Of a stretch of DNA of 64,000 bases, positions 11,660 to 23,545 are shown piece after piece (position 1 is the first letter of the stretch; each line of letters opens with the position of its first letter). The DNA comes from Selaginella moellendorffii (lineage: Eukaryota > Plantae > Lycopodiophyta). The stretch is taken from the NCBI RefSeq assembly GCF_000143415.4, contig NW_003314348.1:435126-499125 (forward strand), written 5' to 3'. Made by a program: the position numbers and the translations under genes. The notes under the pieces are model-generated. The model was not told the DNA's origin and searched no databases. It was given only the letters and a program-made list of their open reading frames with translations.

Positions 11660-12620
11660 TTATCTCTCAAAGACTAGGCCCTTCATCCATGAGTCCAAGA
11701 CCACACTTTAGCATCTTTAAAATGCCCAGAAACATGGGGAACACCCTTCCCCAATGTCCTTTTTTTAGTCCCTACTAAATCCCCTTTCTATCCACAACCA
11801 TAGTCATTAATACCGCTATTGGGTTAGCACCTAAAGGTCTAACTACTAAATCCCACTTACCTTTGGGACTTCCTCACCACATGACCATGCCTTGAGTCAC
11901 TATGCATTGTTCTTCTTTCTTTTCACAATCTGGGATTTTGGGATAACATTTTGGAACATTATATAGAACCCTTATAAGTGGTTTCCCCACCTTCTACCCT
12001 TAGGTACCCTATGTAAACTCTTGAGAGTTTGGACTTCCCAGGAAGTCACCCAGCCCAATACTATTCAAACCTAAGGATATTTAACCCTAAATATCCCAAA
12101 GACCCTTAATCAATTGGAAAAGAGGGTGCACTTTTATTTATGGGCTCTTTCCCTCTATATTTGAACCCCATGGATCGTCTCTCGAGTCGTTCTCTTTGGT
12201 TGCTTATAATTCACCATGCTTCCTTGCAAATTCACGCCCTTGTGAACGGAAGCTAAAAGCCACAGCTCTCCCGAAAGCCCCGCTCTTTTGACACCCTACC
12301 CCTTGGGTCGAGCTCAATAGAAGCAAATTGGACCAACCAAATGTCAATCAATATGTGGTGTAATTCCTCTAGCTAACCAACAGAGTCAAATTCGAGACCC
12401 TAACCAATTGGAAAAGAGGGTGCACTCTTATTCATGGGCCCTTTCTCTATATATTTAAACCTCATGGATTGTCTCTCAAATCGTTCTCTTTGGTTGTTTA
12501 GACCCTATCTATGTGGTTAGAGCAAGGTTCTAATGAACCACATCAAGTATTGAAGTAGGTAGTGCAACCCACACTTAAACTGGGAGCATCAACCATTCAA
12601 TCCCCCAAGGTTCTAAAGAT
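11660..12620 (-). mobile_element. Old degenerate family-A LTR fragment (interrupted by Cassandra)
   Basis: Matches such as GGGACTTCCTCACCAC and AAGTAGGTAGTGCAACCCACACTT..CTGGGAGCATC to the family-A LTR. Ends approximate. Confidence 0.7.
12012..12502 (-). mobile_element. Cassandra TRIM, internally deleted
   Basis: Homologous to 17885-18479, TSD CCCTA. PBS and the 5S part of the right-hand LTR were lost at a GAGACC/AGACCC microhomology (~12395). Confidence 0.85.
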
Positions 12621-12639
12621 CCATGGTAACAGTATATCC

Positions 12640-14100
12640 AAATCTTATCTCATGATCACATGCGTTACAATAATACCAACATATAAACCTTCCTTAATTT
12701 CCCTTTGAGGTGAATAAATGCCACCTTGCATTCCACTATCCATACTATTTTCCTTTTTCTCATTTGGTATGTTAAAGGTAGAATTACTTTTGAATAGTGT
12801 TTCATGAACTTTTGATAGTAATTATATAGTCCCAAGAATGCTATTAATTTATGTATATTCAATGGTTGTTCCCATTCCTAGATTGTTTAGACCTTTTCAA
12901 GGTCCACCTTAAGCCTATGCTTGCCCACTACATATCGAAGAAATTTTACTTTTTGTTGAGCAAAGTCACATTTATTGTTTTTAGTGTACAACTTGTTCTT
13001 AAACACCTTTGTCAAGTGTTTGGTATGCTTTTTTAACATCTCACTATAGATCAGGATATCATCAATATAAACAACTATAAAGTGATTTAGATAAGGTATA
13101 AAGATTTGGTTCATTAGTGCTAAGAATGTTGTTGGCACATCGCATAGCCTAAAGGGCATCATATTAGGAACTCAAAGCTTCTATATCCCATTCGATAGAT
13201 TGTCTTCTCGACATATTTCTTTGCTACCCTAATTTGAAGTCAAAATACCTTATTGGTGCTTGAGTTAGCTTGAATAAACTCTATGGTTCTCAGTTTTATG
13301 GTTCTCCTAACCATTACATTGTTAGTCCAGCTTGCCAGACTATGTCTATAACCACAAAATTTTCCAAAACATCCATATTAATAAAGACCTTAACAAAGTT
13401 ATTTCTAAAATTCCCTCGGAGGGCTAGTAGATCTAATAAGTGACTCTCTATCAAAGTTGTTCATATAATGAAGAACTTTGAGCTAGGGATTGGATCATAT
13501 ATTTTAAACTTCACTTGATTTAACGGCCATATTCATCTTGGCCTTCTTTAGGTAAAGATATTCTCTCGAGAAGTGTCTAACCTCTTCACAATTGAAACAT
13601 ATATTATTCTCCATGCTACTAGTGGACTATCACCCCAAGCCCAAGTCTACAAGCCTAATATAAAGGCATGGAATGCATCTATATCACTTATATTCGTGAC
13701 AAAAATCCTCTTCATCATAAATGTATTCACATATTTTTGAATGATCCTTATTTGCCAAAACTTACTTAGCTTGCCCCTTGAATGCACAGTAGCATTTAGG
13801 GAATATAGATTGCTTGGATCTTTGCCTTCATCACTTCCCAAGTGGACACTAATCCTTTGTTAGCCTTTGTTATTCTCCATAAAGACTTAGCATTATCTGT
13901 TAAATATGGTTTTGCACATAGGACCTTCTCTGAGTTTAGTAATTACAATGTTTAGAAATAATCCTTCATATTGTAAAATCAATTCTCCACCACCTTATAA
14001 TCATTCACTCCCTTGAAGACCAGTGAGGGCATTGGTTTATACCTTGGAACTACTTGAGGGATTGACACTACCTTGGTTTACTTGACCTTGTTTGGTCCCA
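12640..14100 (-). pseudogene. Decayed Ty3/gypsy gag and RT remnant
   Basis: MPFRLCDVPTTF..VVYIDDILIYS (12887-13162), AFLGLYNYYQKF (12665-12862) and gag-like scraps at 13650-14050, with many stops. Confidence 0.8.
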
Positions 14101-17100
14101 CCTTAGCGCTTGCCAAAAGGTTTATGCCTTCTACACTACTAGCACCTATAGTCTTTTGGCTTTTTTTCCATTTCTTATCACTATTAACCCCCAATCCTAA
14201 CCTCAACTCAGTTTACAAGCACCATTAGAGAGTTCTTTCAAGATTGGGTCTTTAACCTAACTATCCTTATTACACTTTGAAACCCCCTAAAGCACTTCTG
14301 TCGTGAATGTGACTTCAGGTAGCAAAAGATATTTGTCAGCCAGTCCTTATGAACACTCTTTCCTTACTGCCACGACGGTAGGAAGTCAGTATTACTAGTC
14401 CCTTTTATGGTCCTTTTTATGGTCTGCTAATGTTGGGAACCCTCTTGATATTATGTCTAGTCCCTTAATATCATTATATGATAGCTTACCATGTCTGCTA
14501 AACACCCTCACTATCATACCCTTTGTGTTAGTCTCATTTTGGTCCCAAATGCTATTTATAGAAAGTGTCTAGATTCACTCATTTGGCATATCTACAAGAT
14601 GTAGAGATTAGCCTGAACACAATGGTGTTAGAGATGCCATAGAAGAGGCTAAAGCTGATTCAGAAGAGGAAGAGCCAAATGCTGTAGTGTTGCAACGTAC
14701 AACTCATGAAGTTAAGATTGAGAATTTGTGAAGAGAAGTTTACAAATTGAAGAAGAAGAACAAAAAGAGGAAAAAAGAAGCTGAGGCAGCTAAACCAAAC
14801 AAACCTAAGCAACTGGACTCCTCTTCAAGTTTTGAGGATGATGAAGTTCTAGAATCGCCCTTGGTTGCACGAGTTTCAAAGTTTAAGCCTCCTAAACCAC
14901 CCAATTTCAAAAGCATGCAAGACTATCAGGTTTTGGAAGACTGGGTGTACAATATGGAAAACTATTTCATAGCGGCAGACATAGATGATAATGTAGTAGT
15001 TAATGCATTTGCTTAGAAGTGCATTATGATTGCAAATATAAGTGACAAAGATGTTTAAAGTTATTTCTTGGAAGGTTTAAGTTCACTTTCTCACAATGAG
15101 ATTTTAAAGTTTAAACCGAAGACATACTTAGAGTGTAAGGAGGCAGTGCAGCAAGTTACCTTTAGTCACTTGCTCATAGAACAATACAAACAACTGTATG
15201 CTAGTACTTTGGATAAGAATAAGAATTCTAGGAATAAACAAGGTGATCAAAAATAGAGGGTGAAAAGAAGGTTCCACCCTAAAGGCTCACAAGCAAAGGT
15301 TAACAAAGGTGGTAGTAGTTGGAGACCACTAGTAGCTTCTTCTAGTCCTAGGACTTCTATTCCTCCTCCTGGTGGGTACAAGTAGTAGCAACTTGCAAAG
15401 CCTACTCCTAGTGGAAGGGGTAGTGTGGGTCATTACTTCCACTGTGAAGAGTCAGGACATAGGTCCTCAAAATATCCCAATAAGCATAAGACAAGGTCTC
15501 GTATTAATGTCATAAGGGAAGACAGTGGTGGTGAAGCTGAAGGGGTTGATGAATTGGTCAATGCAAACTATGAGGAAGAGGAGGTGAGTTAATTTCATTG
15601 CTTTCCTTAAGCTTTTCTTGTAGTCAATGCAAACATTGATTCATTGATGTATCTAGTAGGCTTTGTTTGCGGATACCGAATCTGAGTGATGATTGATATA
15701 GGAGCTATGCACAACATGATATTTGAAGACTTAGTTAAGTTGTTAGGATTGAATGCTGAACGAATATTGCCTATACACTTCCAGTTTGCAGAAGGTGGGC
15801 AAGTAGCCAAAAATTTATGAGTGATGTTTTAATAAAAATATCCAAGTGGAAAGAAAAAGTGGACTTGGTAGTGTTGAAAATATTAGATTTTCAGATGGTG
15901 TTTGGTATGGATTTCTTCAAAAAATTTATTAAAGGGATTTATGGTGCTGGACAAAGTCATATCACGTTGAAGTCAGAAGGATGTCCCAATGTGTCCTTCC
16001 AATTGTAAAAGTGCTCTTTAAAGGATTGGGATGCTAAGTTCTTGATTACGAGAGCCGCTCAAAAGTAGCTAAGAAGGGATGTCAAACTTTTTGGGTTCAA
16101 GTGATAGAAGCTAAGGGTGTAAGTGACTCAGTTCAAATTAGTGATAGAGTTGATCCTGTACCAAAGATGATATTAGAGTTGTAGGCATGGAATCAAGATA
16201 TCTTCTCAAAGGATTTGCCACCAAGGCTACCTTCTAGCCGTGAGGTTGACCATCAGATTGAAGTTATTCTAGGTTCAAAACCACCTACGAAAGCTCCGTA
16301 TTGTTTGAACATCAAGGAGACGGCTGAACGGAGCTTCTTGATAAAGGTCATATCCGACCAAACAAGTCATCTTATGAAGCACCGGTCCTTTTTATTATGA
16401 AAAAGGATGGAACCATAAGGATGTGTATCGACTATTAGGCACTCAAAAAAATCATGGTAAAAAATAATTATCCTTTGCCTCGCATTGATGACTTATATGA
16501 CCAACTCTTAAAGATTAAGTATTTTATGTGACTTGATTTGCAGTCCAGGTATTATCAGATACGGGTGGCATATCAAGATGTAGAGAAGACAGTCTTTAAG
16601 ACTCGATACAAATCTTATAAGTTCCTTGTCATGCCATTTGGGTTATGTAATGCTCCATCAATATTCAACACTATGATAGATATAATATTCAAAGATTATT
16701 TGGACACATTTGTTGTCCTATATATCGATGATGTTCTAGTCTTTAGTGAAATGTTAGAGGATCATTTGAAACACTTGGAGCTAGTGTTTCAAAAGTTGTG
16801 CGAACACAAACTATATGCTAAGGAAAGTACATACACTTTCGGACAATTGCGTGTAAACTTTCTCAGACATATAGCTAGTGGTGGTGTAATTGAGGTAGGT
16901 CCAAAGAAGGTGGAAGTAGTGAAATCCTTGGAAGTCCCGACTACTATATCAGATGTTTGTTCCTTTCTTGGTTTAGTGGGATATTATTGCAAGTTTGTCT
17001 GCAATTTTGCAAGAATTGCTCTTCCGTTGACTGAGTTGATGAAAAGTAGTATACTGTTTCATTAGACACTAGCTTATTAATGTGCTTTTGTATGATTGAA

Positions 17101-17884
17101 GGAGATTTTGACTACGGTTCCTATTGTTAGGATCCCAGATCTTGATAAACCCTTCGAAGTGCATTGTGATGCATTTGGCTATGCTATTGGTGTTATATTG
17201 TAGCAAGATTGTGACAAAGCGGTTGGTGTTATGCTCAGGCAACATGGTTGTCCTGTTGCGTTCTATTCCAAGAAATTGGATGAAACCCAACGAAGATGGC
17301 CAACACACGAGAAAGAGATGTTTGTTATAGTATTGGCACTAGAACACTGGAGGCACTACTTGGGTGGACACACCAAGGTTTATACAAATAGTAACACACT
17401 AAGCTCCTTTATTATGCAGCCTAAACGTACGCTAAAGCAGGCTCGTTGGCAAGAGAAGCTTGCTAGATATGATATTGAAATCATATATAAACTTGGTAAA
17501 GACAATATTGTTCCAGATGCATTGAGTCGTTAGGCTCAATTCCGAGCAATATTGGCAATCAGTTCAGACTGGTTGGAGGATGTTTGGGCTTCATATGGAA
17601 GTGATCCGTTGGTGAAGGCAATCTTACACTATGCGGAGTTGTCCAAGTAGAACCTTAGTAGCGAAGTAGCAAAAGTTGCTAGTCACACCAATACGAAGCT
17701 TCACTTCTTAGTTCAAGATGGGCTTATATTCTATAAGCAAGAAAAATTGTATCTTCCCTTTAAGGATCTGTAGCAATTATTTCTGCGGGAACATCATGAT
17801 GTTCCGGTAGCGGGACATGGTGGAAAGAAAAAGACTTTGGCTTCATTGAATAAGGGATTTTTCTGGTTTGGTATGGAAGGTGGT

Positions 17885-18479
17885 TGTAAGCTCCTGAGTT
17901 TGGACTTCCCGGGAGGTCACCCAGCCCAGTACTATTCAAACCCAAGGACGCTTAACTCCAACTATCCCAAGACCCTTAACCGATTGGAAAAGGGGGTGCA
18001 CTCTTGTTCATAGGCCCTTTCCCTCTATATTTGAACCCCAACGGATCGTCTCTCAAGTCGTTCCCTTTGGTTGCTTACAATCCACCATGCTTCCCTGCAA
18101 GTTCACGCCCTCGTGAACGGAAGCTGAGAGCCGCAGCTCTCCCGAGAGCCCCGCTCTCTTGACACTCTACCCCTCGGGTTGAGCCCAGCGGGAGCAAACT
18201 GGACCAACCAGATGTCAATCAACATGTGGTGTGATTCCCTTAGCCAACCAACAGAGTCGGACTCGAGACCGCTCTGATACCAAATGTAAGCTCCTGAGTT
18301 TGAACTTCCCGGGAGGTCACCCAGCCCAGTACTATTCAAACCCAAGGACGCTTAACTCCAACTATCCCAAGACCCTTAACCGATTGGAAAAGGGGGTGCA
18401 CTCTTGTTCATGGGCCCTTTCCCTCTATATTTGAACCCCAACGGATCGTCTCTCAAGTCGTTCCCTTTGGTTGCTTATA
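17885..18479 (-). mobile_element. Intact Cassandra TRIM (5S rRNA-derived LTRs)
   Basis: 195-bp LTRs 17885-18079 and 18285-18479, TSD GTGGT, PBS TGGTATCAGAGC (18271-18282, minus), 205-bp interior. Inserted in the integrase region of the chromovirus. Confidence 0.95.
17902..17957 (-). promoter_or_regulatory. 5S rRNA-derived Pol III internal control region in the Cassandra LTR (second copy 18302-18357)
   Basis: Minus strand AGTTAAGCGTCCTTGGGTTTGAATAGTACTGGGCTGGGTGACCTCCCGGGAAGTCC aligns with the plant 5S A-box to C-box region. Confidence 0.9.
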
Positions 18480-20468
18480 GTGGTGTAGTGGACTATGTCC
18501 GTTCAGCATGGCCATTTTAAAGTGTGATACTTGATTTTGTCACTTGCTTGCCAAAGTCTAAGGGTTATGATACTTTGATGGTGGTTGTGGATCGGTTGTT
18601 AAAGATTGCACACTTCATTCCCACTATGGAAATAGTGAATGTGAAGCAAGCAAAAAAGCTCTTTTTCCATGAAGTAGTGTGGGTTCGTGGTCTTCCCAAA
18701 GAGATAATCTTAAATAAAGATTCGAGATTTATGGGGAAGTTTTGGGGCACACTATTCCAGTTGTTCAGTACCAAATTGAAGTTTAGTACGATTTATCATC
18801 CTCAAACTGATGGGTAGACTGAACGTGTGAATGCTCAAGTTGAGGATTATTTGTGGTACTATATCGTGGCAGACCAATGCGACTGGGTTGAGCATTTAGA
18901 TACAACAGAAATCTCTTATAACCACACATTTCATAGCACTATTGGCTATTCTCCATGGGAGATGCTACAAGGAAATGCTCGTGGAGTGCCTTAACAGATT
19001 GTTGTACTAAAACGAATGTCTGAAGTATTGGTCCCGACTGTTGAGACTTATGCAAAGCAGCTACACCAAGGTTGGTTTAGAATTACTGAGGCGATGGGCA
19101 AAGCTCAAGATAGATATCGACATGATAAGGATTAACATCGTCGGGATGTGTTCTATCAAGTGGGAGATCAAGTGTGGCTATCTTCCCAAAACTTGAACAT
19201 TAAGGGATCTTTATCTCGAAAGCTGTTACTGAGATATGTTGGACCCTATTGGCTATTGAAACGAATTGGTGATGAATCCTATCGGTTGGATCTGCTTGCG
19301 AAGATGTCCAATATTCATAATATATTTCATGCTAATCTATGGGCTCCTTACACTATGGATGTTGTGTGTTGCTTGGAGATTCGTCCGCCGCCATAGGTTA
19401 TGGATCGTGAACCTAAATATGAAGTTGAAAGCATTCTATCATGTTGCCGGAAACGTGGTGGTTGTTCTAAGGAATACCGAGTTAAGTGGAAAGGTTACCT
19501 TGTTTGTGAATCAACTTGGGAACTTCTTAGTAATCTTACACATACTCATGAGCTTGTCACAGAGTATGTGAATAGTAATAAAGACTAGCTTTTGTAAACC
19601 TTGTAATAAATCTTGCAAATCAATAAAGTAATATATTTCTATAAATCAAAGTTTTTTTTCTCTCGTTTGTTAGTACTTGGGTCAGTTTTGGCAGGTTGAC
19701 TTCAACACTTTGATGCATGTGTCCAATCCATAACTATGGGGATGACTATTATAGACTAATCTGGGGGCAAGTGGCTATGGGGGGTTCCAAATGTATAATA
19801 GGGATAGTGGTTGGAATGCATGTCCAACCACTTGAGACATTAGTTTAGGTCCCGTTGGATTGTGTCGCTTTTTGTTCTACGTGTATTAAATTTAAGCCCA
19901 AGCTCCACGCTGTTTTAGTCGGTGGGGCCCTCTTCCTCACGTTAAGCCACCGGTATGCCAAAATTATGCCAAACACTGTCTGACACAATGCTTGTAGGTG
20001 CTGGATATAGGGAGCTGGTGCTTGTGAGATTGTACCGGACCCTCATTTTGTAGCACAAGCTTGGAGTTCAACTCTAAATTCAGGTATGCTACAGCTCCAC
20101 TAAGAGATGATTGCTTTGGGTTTTCACCCACAACATGTATTAGTACTTAGACTTGGTCTTAGCTTTGATCTCAAACTCAATTTTATTTGATGAACTCTTT
20201 ATAGTTCTAGTTGCAATTCAAGGATCCTTTAGTTTATGACACATTGGGGAGTTGGTTCCTTATATCTGGCAACTAGGACAAAGAGCTCATATAGAGATTT
20301 ATTACTATATATCAATTTTTTATGTTCTTAAAGTTTTTGGCATTATAATGGTAAAGCGGTTTTCATTACCTTCACTAAGGAATTATCCCTAAACTCACGA
20401 GCTTAGCCCATAGCATCCAAAATGCACTCAAAATTTAGCTCATACGTTGGAAAATGTCATGCCTATGA

Positions 20469-20623
20469 TATAAACACTAAAAGATAACAATTTAAAAGAT
20501 GATTCATAAAGGTTCAAACATAGAGGAAAAGGGCCTATGAACAAAAGTGCACCATCTTTTGTAATCGGTTTAAGATTTTGGGGTTAAACATCATTGAGTT
20601 TGAATAGTACTAGGTTAGATGAC
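20469..20623 (+). mobile_element. Degenerate Cassandra LTR remnant
   Basis: GGTTCAAACATAGAGGAAAAGGGCCTATGAACAAAAGTGCACC..TTTGAATAGTACTAGG matches the Cassandra LTR. Ends approximate. Confidence 0.7.
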
Positions 20624-23199
20624 AAAAAATAAAAGAAGTAACATAGTTAAAATTTATGTCGCCTAAAAATCATATATATGGCATTCACTTGGACTTTGCT
20701 ATAAATACATAGCAGGCACTAATGTATGTCTAGAAGATTTAAGAATAATAGAAACTTCAATTCATTTCTAATAAACCTTAGATAAGAAACCTATTAAAAA
20801 TCAGTTAGTTTATAATATCTTCAAATCAATATAACTAATAAAAACTTTAGCTTTTAAATTAAATATTAATTATAGTAATTATGTAAACCCATATAAACCA
20901 CAAGTGGTTAAATAATCACTTAATAGTGGCCTACTAATAAACTTAAAATAACAAAACCATTATATAAAAAATCAGTTATTTTAACTACTTAATAAATGAG
21001 ATATTAAATAGTGAGCTTAAATGAAAATCTATCAAAATAAGATTTTAAAGATATTATATTTAAAATCTTGTAAAAGCCACTTAGCAATTAGTAAATTTTG
21101 ACTAATAAAACAATGTAAAACAGATTAAAAACTCCCCCACCTTCCACCACTAGAGTGCCCAACCATGTGGCTAGAATGAAATTCTAATAAACCATGTAAA
21201 GTATCCAAATAGGTAGTGCCATCTAGATTTGCCATCTAACCTTTAAAAAGAGTTATAGCTGACTCTTAAACAGTTCATCAAGTCATTCTACATATCCATC
21301 CATGTTCACTTTAACCTTGAAATGTTCACTTTATCATCAACTACTACACAGGTATAGCCTTTCGTGACCACACTCCTTTAAATCCTCCCTTTATTATCCA
21401 GTAAGGACTTACTAAGGTTTGGGAGATAATTGTTTTGGGATTGCACCCCTTAGACCTGGACTCAAACTTTGTCTTGAACTCAAATTTAGACTTGGTCTTG
21501 GTTTCACACTCAATCTCAAACTTGGACTTGAACTTAGTCTTGGGTCTAAAACTTGGACTCAATTTTGGACTTGGATCATAAATGTTTGTAAGTTTATTGT
21601 TTATAGGTTTATTAAACACATAATTTGTAGTAGATTTTATGTATATTAAATTTCTCTCAAGTTTTTAATTTTGGTTTTTATTTTTCTTAAGAAAACTTAT
21701 GTGGTAGTAGATATACCTGAAATATACTTGGATCTGGGATATTCTACCATCTAACAATTGTTATTAATTTAGATTATTTTTTATTTATAAATTATAAACA
21801 TGTTTTATTTTGATTATCTGGATTAAATATTCCTATAAATAATTAGCTCACTTTCTCAATATGGGTAGATTTTAATTTAGTATTGGCACTTCAAGAACTG
21901 CTGCATGCAATGCACATCAAATTATTTTAATATCTTATTTGATCTGATTAAGTTATAGTTTTATAGATAAATATTAATACTTTTTTTAGCAGTTCTAAAG
22001 TGGGTTTTAAATTTTAAGAATGATAATTAGATTTTACAACTAGTATATTATCAGTTAAACAGACTAATTTAGATATAGTTATTTAGATGGTTTAAAACTT
22101 TTATTTATTATTAACCCACAAGATTTATAAATGGGTTTCATCCGTAAGCTTCTCTAGCTAGTTCTTGAGATTTCCCCAAAAGTATGACATAGGTAAATAT
22201 AAGTGCATTTTAATTCACAAAGTTAATTTTATATATAAATCGTCATAAATGTATTTTGATTTTTTATAGTAATTTTTGATGAAAATTTACTTTTTCAATA
22301 GTGGTTTTTTATCTTATTATAAAATATGTTTATAAGTTGATGTAAAATAAAATTTAAAGCAGTTTTGTTGAAACTAGTTTTTTCTCTAGATTATTTTTTG
22401 GAACATATTTATTAATCTGATTATTATTTTTGTTATTAGTATTATTTGAAAGACTTTTTTGTATTTTAGTATTTTAAAATACCATCTCAAAGTCCTTAAC
22501 TGTAGAGATAAAGAAGAATGGTTCTTTTTTTTTATAACCAAGGGAATAGTTATGTGGTGGGGAAGTCCTAAAGATCACTAGAACTTAGTGGATGGGCTTT
22601 CAAACCCCAAGCCAATATAGTGTTATTAAGCATTACCATGATTAGAGAGTAATTCAGTGGGGATTGAAGAAGCAATATTGAAGGATAGTGTGTCCATGAG
22701 GCATCTTAAAAATGCTAAAAATGGTCATATATTGACCATTTATAGATTGGATAGTTTATTCTTGGAAAGACAGATTTATGTACAAGGTGATATATTGGTC
22801 TGATTGGTCTGATACATTATTATTTAAAGTGTTACTTTTTTGTTAGATGAATATATGGCTTGATAACATAAATTTGGTGTTGGGTTTTATGAAAGCAAGT
22901 TGAAGATTAATTATTGGTTATAATTCCCTATAAACTATTATATATATTTAAATTCACTCGGTGGCAAGTTGCACCTTGCATTATGGTTAGACTCTATGAG
23001 AGTATTGAGCTCTCATTAATCTTAATTTGGTGTTGGTGGCCCTATACCTTGGTTAAGAATAGTGATATTTGGCTTAGTTGTTTATAGGTTAAGTATTAGT
23101 ACTTATATAAGTTTATCTAATGATCTTCACTTTAATTTCAACTAAATTGATCATAAATAATATCTGTATGATTCATCCAAGTTCCTCTCCATCCATAGT

Positions 23200-23545
23200 A
23201 GTGCTTGCCACTAGGTTATGGCCTGAAAATCTATCCATAAGTCCCACTAACTTCTAGCACTTCCTCACAATATAACTATACCTTTGGTTACTAAGCAAAA
23301 GAGCCACTCTTCTTCTTTTTCTTTGTTAACGATTTTGGAATAATATTTCAAAACACTACAATCTAATGCAAGTCTAATCTATACTCTCACCACCTTTTGC
23401 CACCAAAGTGCCCAAGCCACATGATATGAGCTACACAAGGTATTCAAGTAGGTAGTGCCACCTATTTTTTGGATTGAGAGCATTGACCATTTGATTTCCC
23501 GGAGGCGCTATAGCTAACTTTTGAACACTTCACTAAATCACCCTA
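23200..23545 (-). mobile_element. Old family-A LTR fragment, continuing at 45128-~45630
   Basis: ..TTGAACACTTCACTAAATCACCC | CCCCACTTATTCATCTATGTTCACTCTAG.. re-joins into the family-A LTR sequence. Outer ends approximate. Confidence 0.7.

Larger units (their letters stand above)
14630..19588 (+). pseudogene. Ty3/gypsy chromovirus gag-pol pseudogene (gag, zinc knuckle, protease, RT, RNase H, integrase, chromodomain)
   Basis: KPPNF..LEDWVYNMENYF (gag), YYQIRV..MPFGLCNAP..YIDDVLVFS (RT), PVAFYSKKL..HEKEM (RNase H), ILDFVTCLPKSKGYD..YHPQTDG (integrase), RYVGPY, YEVESIL..EYRVKWKGY..ESTWE (chromodomain, 19400-19588). Many stops and frameshifts. Confidence 0.95.
14299..20093 (+). mobile_element. 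Family-B LTR halves (14299-~14630 and ~19765-20093) enclosing a decayed chromovirus gag-pol
   Basis: Starts TGTCGTGAATGTGAC, ends ..GCTACA like the 1672-2594 LTR. Flanks ACTTC/GCTCC may be a degenerate TSD. Confidence 0.7.

Noticed and set aside
17902-17957. 5S rRNA gene
   Set aside because: Only the internal ~56 nt are present, inside TSD-flanked LTRs; it is Cassandra, not rDNA.
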